Positions 11,661-22,765 of a stretch of DNA of 64,000 nt are shown here, piece by piece. Numbering within the stretch: the first letter of the stretch is position 1; each line of letters opens with the position of its first letter. This DNA is from Lama guanicoe (taxonomy: Eukaryota): positions 14,099,787 through 14,163,786 of the forward strand of contig MU056000.1 of NCBI GenBank assembly GCA_013239625.1, written 5' to 3'. The position numbers were made by a program, and so were the translations under genes. The notes below the pieces were generated by a model. It ran no database searches. It was not told where the DNA came from and was given only the letters and a program-made list of their open reading frames with translations.

Positions 11661-14600
11661 TATTATCTCATGAAGGCAATGAGTCTACTGCAATGATAGG
11701 TGTGATATGTGGCCAGCCTTTTAGGAAGTGTGTTGTATCTCATATAAAATTACATTCTTTGTTATAATGGGATTCATTCAGTGCTGTTCAACTTTTGAAA
11801 AATGAAAAAAAAAACGGTTAGACCAGGTGGTCTATGTTAGTTTCTACGTGATGTTTGGAAAAGAAAGAACACGATCTTTTAAAACCTATAATGATATTAT
11901 CATATAATTTGTTCCAAGAAGAAAGGACTTACTTGACTTACTTGCTAACAAACGTGCTTACTCTAACCTTGCAAGTATTTTTAAAAAGGTCTTTAACAAG
12001 TTCGTGAGATCAAATCCATGAGATATATTTATATACTAGTTTTGGTATTTGACTGCTCACGGCCATTGCATTCTGGAAAAAAATTATGGATTATCAATTC
12101 TATTTATCTGTATATATGTATAATTGTGTATATATATTTAATATATAGACAGTAGATACATTACACATGTATATATATAGTTGTACTATTTACCATTAGA
12201 AATTGCCTTATGATCATGGCCTTATCCTCATAAAAATATGTCTTAGGAGTGAATAATATATGCTGACCAATGTCAACAGAATAAGTTCCTTCATAATAAA
12301 TCAAATCATTAAGTAAGAAAGCCTAAGAGGATTATTATAAAAAATATAAGAGAAGTTGGTAAGTGTCAAAACAGTTAGGCTTGAGCTCTTATCAAACGTT
12401 CAGATGATGATGTTTTAGAGTGTAATATGTAACTACAGATACACAAAATTACAGTTAAGAACTCAAGGATAATTTGAAACAATTTAAAACAAACTTATAT
12501 AATGAATCTAGAAAATATTATTTTAATAACAGAACTGCATTCTATGATTCTTATTTCGTTTCTGTTGACAGAATCCTGGCTGGCATTTCTTTGACAGGGA
12601 GAAGCTAAGGAGATGCTTTTCAGCTGTTTGGAGGTGTTCCCTTCTCTTGTTCATAGAAATTGCAATGATTCTATCTTTTATTCAGGAATACCTTGAAAAT
12701 ATATGGTTGGTTCATTATGAATGTATTTATCAGTGTGAAATATAAATTCACTTCTTAAAAATAATGGGACAGGAGGGCATTATTATAAGGACATGTGCAT
12801 TGTTAAGCTTTGCAGGGTTTTTTTGGTCACAGTTATATATGTATGTATGTACGTGTGCTTGTATGTGTGTATGTATGATATATGTGTGTACATGTACATA
12901 TGGTGGGGTGGATGATGAAGGGACAAAAATGGGTACAACCAGGTTTGAATTGCTCATAAAGGCAGATGAGTATTGAGTAGAAAAACTGAGTGAGTGAGGG
13001 GGCCCAGCTCAGATAGGGCATAAGAGGACCACACCCTTGGGTGTGACCCTTTTATCAGTTAATACTACAAACAATAGATGGGATATCAAATCCCACAAAA
13101 CCTCCACAAAGGAACAGTTTCACAGACCTCACCTTCTCCTGATGAGTAACAAGCTCTCAACCATATGGTCACTGGCACCCACGCCCAGAAAGATCGCTTG
13201 TAACTAATCTACCTATTGAGGTTTATTCTTGTACTAAAGCTAGTGACAAGTCCGCCCCAAAATGAGAAGCTGTCTAATCTTTTCTTGCCCCTTTCTAGCA
13301 GGTTTTTTGTTTCTTAGTTACATTAAAATGTTAGGAAACATGCATAACAAAATATATTAAGAGTAGATATGTATGTGTGTATATATACGTATTTCCTTTT
13401 GGTATACTCCTAACAAGGACAAAAAAATCTGTTCCTTTTTTCGCTCCTTTTCAAAGATTGAAAGGATTACAGAAAAATGATTTTTGAAGTTCATAACAAA
13501 AACAAATTCCTAATAATTCAATATATTCTGTTTTTATTTTAGTGTATTTGTTTCCATTTACTTCGTGGAATACATTGCAGGGAAGAAAAGTATAGAATGA
13601 AGATGAAGGGCTTTTTGTCTCATTTTAATAAGCATGTAAGAAAAGGACAGAATTGCTACAGACCTTTTTTGTGTGTTTTGCATTCTGACTCCATAGCTCC
13701 TGCCTTGTATGGAAAATACAGCTGCAACCCAGTCCCTGTTGGACGACGGATAGAACAGATGGCTTGTGATCCTGTACTGCCTGTACATTAGGGAAACACC
13801 ATGGCTTGGATGAAGTACTTTTTTTTTTCTCTCTTTTTTTTAGTACTAACAGTGCTAAAGTGAAAATAAATAGTCAAACGGGGAGATGGAAGTCACGGAG
13901 CCTGCAGTCACGATGCGCGTGCTGCTTCTCCCCCAGGTGCTGGACAAACCTAAGTGTGGCTGCTTCCAACAATCAGTAATTTATTCCAAGCTAGACCTCT
14001 CCACTTCCCACTCTGTTCTTTACCCGAGAGCCTCGGTGATGCGTGCTGAAACTGGGTCCCCTATTACTGAGCACACAATCCCCCATAGCCATTAAATTGT
14101 CCTGTCTGTATTTCTGAGAGACAGTGAAGCTGTTCTGAAGCTGCTGATCATTTTTGTCAACTTCATTCTTTTAGGATTTCTAACAAAACCTGTACATCCA
14201 GTGTGTATTTAATCTCAACTTAAAATGTATCAACATTTTTATGTAACTTAATTTGGAGGATTGGAAAAATATCCATGTGCTTTTAAAGGCTGAGTTAAGT
14301 TCAAATACTCTCTTTGTAACAATTAACAGAAATATATTAGATGTCTTGTATACACTGTCTTCTTTTTAGCCTCGTGTGCAATAGCAATAGATGAAAAAAA
14401 CTGTCAATATCAATATATCAATAAATGACATCGTGAATTCCAGTATCCCTTCAAAGTACTAAAGACAAACTTACTCAATTGTGTGTTTAATTAAGGGTTT
14501 CCATGTTACGTGAGAGAACAGAAAGAGTAATATGCCAGGACAAAAACATTCAGTCTAGTACATATGGACCAATATTTAGGGAGATGTGACATGATTGGTG

Positions 14601-14777
14601 AAGTTCATTTTTTATAATCATTATTTTAAACTACTTACTTTAGATAATAGCATTCTATAACGTAATTCACTTCAAGTTCCATGCCTCTTCAAATCCAACT
14701 CCAACCTTACCCTCATCTCACTCCACAGTTTCCCAGAAGAGGGAAAAAAAAAACAAACAAATAACAAATAAATAAAT

Positions 14778-14786
14778 ACTTACTTT
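14778..14786 (-). promoter_or_regulatory. 5' splice donor of the CDH18 exon
   Basis: AAA|GTAAGT, exactly where cadherin similarity ends (…YVGK). Confidence 0.93.
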
Positions 14787-15011
14787 TCCAACATATTGTG
14801 GATCTGGTCCCATATGTTCTTCTAAAACAAAGAACTGATTCCAAACCCATCCCCTTTTGGGACGGTGGTGGACTTCGGTTTCACCTTCAATGTGTTTGGT
14901 TTGGTTTCTGGTCGCCTTGATGGAGCTGTGGTGAGCAGTTCCATAACACCTCTGCACAAAACAGAGACACACTAGGACTGGACAGATGCAAGATGTGCTC
15001 GTAACTTTCAT
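14784..15011 (-). CDS. CDH18: Cadherin-18 (type II classical cadherin), first coding exon, codons 1-76; the rest of the gene lies outside the window
   Basis: Translation [76 protein letters not shown] has a Cys-rich signal peptide, short propeptide with NQT sequon, RPKR proprotein-convertase site and the type II GWVW (Trp2/Trp4) N-terminus. It is near-identical to the CDH18 N-terminus as I recall it. It ends at a canonical phase-0 donor AAA|GTAAGT (intron starts at 14783), 228 nt in total. The ORF-track extension to 14718 is intron read-through. Confidence 0.96.
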
Positions 15012-15260
15012 TGTAAGATAACTTTCCAGTTCACGGTTTTCTTGCCTTTCCTTGACAGCTCCAAATGCTTAGTAAGCATTCAAGAGAGAAGCCAGAGCAT
15101 CTTTTAGAAGGACAGTCCAAAGTAAATTGTTTAGCGTGTCCATGATTTAACTGCCCATCAGGGAAAAGTCAGACTACATTTACATCCTGAAACACTGGGA
15201 GAGTCAAAGCGGTAGCTGGCCGATTCTAAGTCTTCACAGTTGGCGAACAGGGGCAACCAT
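15008..15260 (-). promoter_or_regulatory. Cluster of seven upstream ORFs in the CDH18 5'UTR
   Basis: uATGs at 15260 (MVAPVRQL*), 15185 (M*), 15179 (M*), 15158 (MGS*), 15143 (24 aa), 15100 (MLWLLS*) and 15079 (23 aa, stop overlaps the main ATG). All were read directly from the reverse complement; whether they are translated is not shown. Confidence 0.7.
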
Positions 15261-15267
15261 TTTCTAC
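15012..15267 (-). other. CDH18: 5'UTR portion (256 nt) of the first coding exon of CDH18
   Basis: Minus-strand acceptor ATAATTTTCTCTCTTTCCATTAG|GTAGAAAATG with a good polypyrimidine tract (AG at 15269-15268). The sequence between it and the ATG at 15011 is non-repetitive. Confidence 0.85.
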
Positions 15268-15295
15268 CTAATGGAAAGAGAGAAAATTATATACA
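15268..15295 (-). promoter_or_regulatory. 3' splice site (polypyrimidine tract + AG) of the CDH18 exon
   Basis: TTTTCTCTCTTTCCATTAG on the minus strand. Confidence 0.85.
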
Positions 15296-17951
15296 TTACA
15301 AAGCATGGAAGTTTTAAGTATTTGCTCTGGATGCAAATTATACTGTTTTGCAGCAAGATGCTGACAGGCAAAGAATATATACATGCTGATTCTTTTGGAA
15401 ATAAACACAAACATAACACACACAGAGTTTTGTGTAAGCCTGCACACTGCACACACATGGACCTACCTATCTGTATTGCTAATTCTCAATTCTATATAAA
15501 ACTGATATAAATATACATATTTATGATGATATCTATTTATGATATAAATATATATATATATCTTTGAAACAGCAGAAATGCAGCCTTGGGGAGTGGTGAA
15601 ATGCTCAAACATTGACCATGAGTATGTGCCCGTGCCTGAGCTAGTATGAAGCTCTCACAATGTGATCTATTAGGGACTCCAGGCTAAGTGCAAACTTCCC
15701 GTTTGTTTTTGTGTTTATTATGTTTTCATTAGACGTGATACAAATTTACCACACATACTGCACATCAATTACCTACTACATATGACTCTCTGAACTTCAA
15801 CATTTGAAGGGTTGAACATTTTTCACAAATCATCACGGCAACCAAATAGCTACTTAAATTAGTTAGTGAGTAAAACAGAAGAAAAAAAATAACAGGAGAG
15901 AGGATGGCTGAAAAAATGTATGCAACTGAAAGTTACTCGACGCTTGGGGATCAGATTGGCACAAGTGAACAAGAGTAAGAATATTAATGGACTAAATCAT
16001 GGTCTCCATGGATTTTAATAGGACTGCAGGTACTGCTCTAGGATGTGGTCCTCACCTCTAGGCAAGACAGATTCACCTTGGGAATGACACTGCACAGAAT
16101 TCCAGCAGCTTTGCAAACAAAGGTATAAGGAAGAAAAGGATGATAGCAAAAAGAACAGAGAGGAAAATACTTTGAAAATAAAAAATGCTGGGGACTTGGA
16201 CTTAGATTTTATAAAGCAGAGCTTGAAACACATTTCTGGAAGACAAAGACAGGATTTGAGAGAGAAAATGTTGAGTGAAATTATGAGCTTATTGAAATCA
16301 CATAAAACCATATAGCAAGTTGTGCTGTATTTTAATATATGCGTGTTTCAATTTATAATTTTGGAAAAATTATATTGATTCAAGATTATAGCTGCTCCAT
16401 CTAGTAAAAAAAATTAGATGAATCACTTTCTCATTCCATAAAATTCATCCCTGTAAATCAGCACAAACCAAATTGTAGATCTAAATGAATTACAAGATGT
16501 TGAAATGCCAATATAAATTATTTTAAAAACTGAATATAATCAGTCACACTATAAATTTTTTTATTCAACAGAGAAACATGTTCATACTAAGCAGGGGATA
16601 AAAAAAATCACAAGACCCAGAATAAGGAGCTTTTCTCTATCAGTATCGCTCCTCATAAATTAGGATTAATAATAATTCTTTCTTCACCAGTTGTGCAAAA
16701 ATTATGTCAGATTTGAAATGGATTTTCATTTTAATGACCTGGCAAATAGAAATAGAAATTTATAATATTATTTGAAAGCAAAGATCCACTTTTGATTGAT
16801 TTAAACTAACAATGAATCAAAAACTCATCTAACACAAAAAAAGAACAATACCGTTCTAGATCTAACATGGTAATAGCAATAGAAAGAAAATAGAGATTTC
16901 TTTCTTTTTTTGGCAATTTATTTACAATATGCACTTAGGTGAAACATCTATTTTTGAGTCTCAATTTTCTCATTTACTAAAATGTGTGACTGAATAATTG
17001 CTTTTAACATTCTTTCCAGTATAATAAATTATTTGGATTTTTTTTTAAAGTTTCTTCTCTTTTAATCAAAAGATTCCTAACTTTCAAGTCACAGATTTCA
17101 ATTAAAAAAAAGTCTTTAAATAGACTTTCTTCTTAGAAGTCAAGTTGATGGATATATAGAAGATGTTGTTATCTTAATACCTTCCCACCATTTGGTGTGA
17201 TTTTTAAATGAAAAAAATCTTTGCCCTTCATGTCAAGTTGTTTAACAAAGCATAATTCATGAGTAGAAGGTGAAGAAAGTGGCCTTTGTAATGCATTACA
17301 GGTATGTAGACCGCTTTCTTTACAATAATGATCTTGTGCAGTATCGCAAAAATACCTAAATGCAATTTATTCTACCGATGCATTGTATGTTCATGAATCT
17401 CCATTATGACAATTATCAAAATTGGTAAGTAGGCTCCATGGAATGAAGGACTAAATGTAAATATCACTACTGTACACTTGCAAGTAATTTCATTTACTAT
17501 AGAATGAGAGGACAGAAATCCAAATGTGAAAACTGCTCTATTTAAAGAAATCCATCCCTGTATAGATGATTAGAAAGAATTAACATGAAAATAATAATAA
17601 AATAAACCACTGGTTGAGAATAACACAATAGAAATATATTGTGGACATTCACTGTTTTTTGACTAAGTAGCATTCAAACACTCTTCCTGCCTTCCTAGAA
17701 CACTCCCATATATTAATTCTGATAAACAGAGCCCTGAATTTCACCTCAAACCAGTGATAATTCCTTCTAACATTCTAACCTTAGAAATTGCACCAGTGAC
17801 ATGTGCATGTTAATTGTAGGCTCCTGCACCCTGGAGCAGATGATGGAGAGATGTATTAAGATTCAATAATATCGTCACATTTACTCCAAATGTATTGCTT
17901 GTAACTTGAGCCTTTGACTGAATTTTGTTTCTTTTCTTTTCTTTTCTTTTT

Positions 17952-18097
17952 CCTTCCTCCCTTCCTCCCTTCCTCCCTTCCTCCCTTCCTCCCTTCCTCC
18001 CTTCCTCCCTTCCTCCCTTCCTCCCTTCCTCCCTTCCTCCCTTCCTCCCTTCCTCCCTTCCTCCCTTCCTCCCTTCCTCCCTTCCTCCCTTCCTCCC
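17952..18097. repeat. Perfect (CCTTCCTC)n octamer tandem repeat, ~18 copies, flanked by (CTTTT)n and (CTTT)n
   Basis: Direct inspection; pure pyrimidine run ~17927-18119; source of the four low-complexity ORFs at 17856-18255. Confidence 0.97.
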
Positions 18098-18149
18098 TTT
18101 CTTTCTTTCTTTCTTTCTTGATAGCTAACATTTCCATCACTCTCCAAGA

Positions 18150-18260
18150 GGTGCAAATTTTGAATTCCCAATTTATCCCTCCCTACCCCTTTTATCCCCT
18201 GGTAACTGTAAGTTTGTTCTCTATGTCTGTGAGTCTGTTTCTGTTTTATAGATAAGTTCT
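18150..18260 (-). mobile_element. Artiodactyl-type L1 3'UTR fragment
   Basis: TCCCAATTTATCCCT…GGTAACTGTAAGTTTGTTCTCTATGTCTGTGAGTCTGTTTCTGTTTT; homologous to 37195-37290 in this window. Confidence 0.85.
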
Positions 18261-19884
18261 TACCGATTCACTCTTAATTTGTAAACCTGGGAATCTAATG
18301 AAGTCTAGGGAATGCCTTCTGTTTGCTTTTTTTAAGAAAGAAGATTCCTTTTCTCTTTTCTCTTGTTTTGAAAATGTCTTTGTAAAACATAGTCTGCCAA
18401 TTTTATTTCATGAATTTATCTTTCCATGCTCCGTATGTGTGGGGTTATGTAAGATATTATTTCACATGTTCAAAAAGCCTAGAATTGTAATTGCTACCAA
18501 CTTCTAAACTTTAGCATTATATATTATCGGTAAGAATTTGTCTGACTTTGCATAGAGCAAGATTAACTTAAATAGAAAACGTCAAAAGGAGATAAACTAT
18601 AATGGGAAGTTCATATTTTTGGAATTACTTTCATTTTAGATATGTAAGGACATCTTGTGTGGAAAAATACATGTTAAGGGTAGCATGATGTCCACACAGA
18701 AGTGGGTCTTCCCAACTGCCAGAACTGTAAACCCACTGGATGAGAAGTTTATCTTTCATGAGAGGGTGACTCATCCTGAAAATGATGTAACTTCATTTTT
18801 CCATGATCAATTATGAAAATCTATCATACTGTCAGGTAGATTCAAATATAAGAAAATGTATCTTATGTTTGAATTCTGGAATACTTATATAAAGTTAAAG
18901 TCATAAATACAGAAGAAAAGCCATTTTTCAGTTCAATAAAAATATTTACTACTATCTATCTGCATGTATGTGTGTATGTGTGTTTATGTGCAGATAGGTA
19001 TGTATGTGTCCATGTATTTTCTTATCTACATACCTACCATCAGGATGTTGTGTTCTAAAACCTAAAATTAATTTTTTGGGTTGGTGTTGGCAGGTATAAC
19101 ACCTATTGCTGGTAAGATGCATTCACAGGTATATACCTAACCCTGGAACTAGGATGTCCATCACTTTCAAATTCAGTGATAAATAAAATCAGTATCACTC
19201 TCTGGTTCTAAATCTAATTCTTACTCAATTTCCTATGATATTGGCTTCAGAATTTTTATTTTATCTTCCTGTCCTCTAATTTCAATTTTACTGTTTTCTC
19301 TATTGGTATTTTATTCTCTCTTAATTGAAAGTGAAATTTATCTGATTAATAATTAATTTTACTCTTCTCCATCAGTGTCAATTAGATGAAATAGCTCTTG
19401 CTTACCGTCAAAATGCAAATACTCATAAACTGCTTCACCTAAATTTGTTGTAAGTTTTATTTTCAGGTTGACTCTCAAATCAATATTTTCTATTTCAATC
19501 TGACTAATTCAGAATATTTTCATAGTCCAAAGATTTGAACAAAATCAATTGCATTTACTTAAAACATACATATTTATTATACATTTAAAAATAATATATA
19601 AAATGTAATATATTTTAAATTATATTAAAATGTGACTCTTTATAATAAAATATCTAAACAACAAATAAATAAAGACGTATTAACTTTTACATAGTGTTTT
19701 TCTGTTGGAAATATTAAATTTCACAGAGATGGCGATAAAAACACTACACATGTACTTGCAGGCATCACTTCCTGGCGTGGCTCATTCAACTTTGTTTGCC
19801 TTAAGAGCCTTACTCTCCAAACTCCATTTAAGAAAACCTATCTTCTGAGGCCTGGGCTAAAGGGTGTTTCTTTACAGAGATTTC

Positions 19885-20362
19885 TGTTTAGGAAGACAAT
19901 TCTCTTTGTGCCTTTTGTGTTTCTGCACATCTTCTGAGTGAGAGGTACTGACAGCTTTTTTCATGCTACCTTTTCAAGCATGTTTGTATGACAAACAGCT
20001 TTAGAAGAAAGAGGTAGAATCTCCTTTTGAGGAAGAGGGTAGATTTGCTTTCTGACTGGATTATAAAGATAATGTCTTTTTTCCAGGGAAAAGGTTGGAG
20101 AGGTGTGCTAGCAGACTCCAAAATTCACGGTTCCTAAGCTGGGACCCAAAAATACTACGTGTGCAGCATACACCTGGGCTGCTTCATGTTCGCCATGGGA
20201 AGTGAGGAGCAAAGGAAACTGAGGCTGCCCGCGGTGCAATGAATAATAAAATCTTTTGTCCCTGATCCAGAGTTTTGTGTCTTCTGCCAGCATCTATAAA
20301 ACTGCAGCAACCTGACTTACTAGCTTGAAATGTAAGGTCAAATCTCAAACTCTTCACTTGAA
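19885..20362 (+). mobile_element. MER89-like ERV1 solo LTR
   Basis: AGACAATTCTC…TTTCTGCACATCTT…TTTTCAAGCATGTTTGTAT…AATAAAATCTTTTGTCCCTGATCCAG…TCTTCTGCCAGCATC…AAATCTCA. Confidence 0.8.
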
Positions 20363-21574
20363 AGTCTGGGTGTCACAGTCAATGTAATTGCTTGCTCCTC
20401 AGAAGTACTGTAACATCTAATTCTTTCTTATCGTTGCACACCAGCATTCTGATTTTTTAATATAGGTGCTACTTATTTTCGCCTTTTGTGTCAGATATTT
20501 TTTTAGAGTTCTCACACCATGTCTTATTTTCCATCTCCTGTAGTGGCTGGTTAAGTGCCTTCATATTGTAGCCCGTTAGTAATTATTTGTTGAATGAAGG
20601 GATAAATAAATGAGAAACTGTTTCAACTTGGAACATTTAACTGTAAGAATGTGTTACTAAAACAAAACAAAACAAAACAAAAAACTTTTTAAAAGCATGC
20701 TTTGATGTTGTTAACATTATACTTTGTTTTTTTACTCAAAAGCCTGTCACAATCAAAGACGTATAAGTAATGGATAACAAAGTTACGTTTCATCAATAAA
20801 ATTCTGCTTTCTTACTGAATTTGTTTTAGCACAGTGGAAATTAAGGAAGCCATTGAAATATTAAGCCAAATTTGCATAAGTAAACTTTGCAAAGGCATAT
20901 ACTGTATGTCATTATGAGTAATACTTTATTCACTATATATATATATGTAGATCAAAGTATGTATATGAACATTCCTACTGTGTTGGCTAAAATTATATCT
21001 TTATGGAAAGAAAACAGAGACCATTCTTATTATCAGTATTCCACCATCTAATATGTACTCCATTATTTTTAAATTAATGCAAACATGCTTACATGGAGTT
21101 GAGCTTTGTTTTAATAGTTCATATATTCTTGAAATTACACATATAAGTAGGAAGGGCCATGTCCTGAAAGTACACGCATACATACGATAACATTCACAAT
21201 ATTGTTTTATTTGGCTACAACAGCTAATACCAGAGAATTACTCCCAGTTTTCATGTTGCTGATTCTAATCTTCACAATGTCTAGTGGCCATTATTCAAAA
21301 CTTTAGAAAATGAAAATAGAAGAAGAAAATGATGGTATCAGTTGCAATGTTTCCCCACCCGTATCTGTCAGAGTGATGTAGATTTTGAATTTCTTCACGT
21401 CTTCCAGAAGTATTTGCACCTTTCACACTATTTTTGTGTTTTATGTTCTTGTTGTGTGTGTGTGTGTGTATTTCACATGATAGAATTTTATAAAATTAAT
21501 TTTAAAATAATTATTTGGTTTGATTTAAAATATTTTTGAAAACACTAAAAGAGTCCTTAGTGGCCTCACTGTCT

Positions 21575-22014
21575 TATATTAAACATAAGTCTCTGTACCC
21601 CACTTTCCCAGAATAAAGAGTACACTTCCTGGCCTCACTTGTGGCTGAGTATGCCCCATTCCTAAATTCTAGCCAATGGAATATAAGCAGAAGTACTGTT
21701 AACTTTCCAGGAAATTTCCCTGGAAGACTGTTGGCATGTGTCTGATCTATTCTTTCCCCTCCCCTCATCTAGCCACTAGAATCCTGAATGCGATGGCTGG
21801 AGCTCCCTTTTGGACCATGAGAATGAGAGTCATAGCCTGGAGACAGCGGAACCGAGCATCTTTATCCCAGAGAACACTGTAGAGCAGAGCTGCGTGTGAG
21901 CCCTGGACTGCCTTCCCCTGAGCTCAGTTAAGAGAGAAAATATTTCAGTTCTTGTAAAGCCACAGCTGTTTCATGTATCTGTTACTCTGAGTTGACCGTA
22001 ACCCTAATTTAACA
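21575..22014 (+). mobile_element. MLT1I/J-type MaLR LTR
   Basis: CTAAATTCTAGCCAATGGAATATAAGCAGAAGT…GATGGCTGGAGCTC…TGGACCATGAG…GCCCTGGACTGCCT…TAAAGCCAC. Confidence 0.75.
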
Positions 22015-22292
22015 ACCATTGAGCTGAAACAGTATATTTCTCCATGGCTTTTGATTTGAAAGAGGGTTCCAGGAAATAAAGTGCAGAGGAAGGGAAGAAA
22101 GGAAAGGAAGATCAGAATAAAACACGACGCGATGATGGATGAGTGTCTATTCTGAATTCCAGACAACTCATTTTTGGTGACAATCTTCTCTGCAGCTTTT
22201 ATCATAAATATGAAAATGTACAGGCCTTTCTTTTCTCTCTTTTTCCCCTTAAGTCAAAAGCTATATCTTATACCATACCTGTGTCTCCCCCC

Positions 22293-22293
<1 letters not shown>

Positions 22294-22325
<32 letters not shown>
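22294..22325. repeat. (AC)16 microsatellite
   Basis: Direct inspection. Confidence 0.95.
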
Positions 22326-22327
<2 letters not shown>

Positions 22328-22765
22328 CACTACACAATGAAGACAGAAGGGGTGATGCTTGTCCAAAGGTCTCCCTCAGTGCCCCTCCCTTTGAAATCTA
22401 CCCTCTAACTGTCATCTGTCTCCTCCCTCACTGCTTGAAATTCCTTCATGTCTTTGCTTCATCTGCAGAATAGAATAAAAAACTCTCACATGAAGTTTAT
22501 GGCTTTTCAACATTTGGCGCCTTTCCACTTCCCCTCTCATCCTTAGTATCCGCCCTGGAAACCCCGTGACCCACTCGTACTGCATCACCCTCGCGGTCTC
22601 CCAACTATGCTGTGCTCTTGCTAGTCCTTATGTGTCTGTATAAGCTGTTTCTTCTGAGTGAAAAGCCCATTATTCTGCTTTGATAACCAGTGAATCACCA
22701 GTTCCCCAAGTGAGTTTTCACACACCATTACTCTGTTCCCAAGGTCCCCGTCTTCCCTACTGTCA

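Noticed and set aside
12975..13300. Possible LTR fragment (TG…CA)
   Set aside because: No TSD or family match that I could support.
1..14700. Next CDH18 coding exon (remainder of EC1)
   Set aside because: No cadherin-like translation in the ORF track or by eye; it presumably lies beyond position 1.
14718..14783. C-terminal extension [21 protein letters not shown] of the 97-aa ORF, which looks like a transmembrane tail
   Set aside because: It begins exactly at a consensus GTAAGT donor and is T-rich intron. There is no evidence here for an intron-retained membrane-anchored mini-isoform.
17856..18255. Four overlapping ORFs with (GREEGRKG)n / (PPFLPSSL)n repeats
   Set aside because: Translations of the CCTTCCTC microsatellite.
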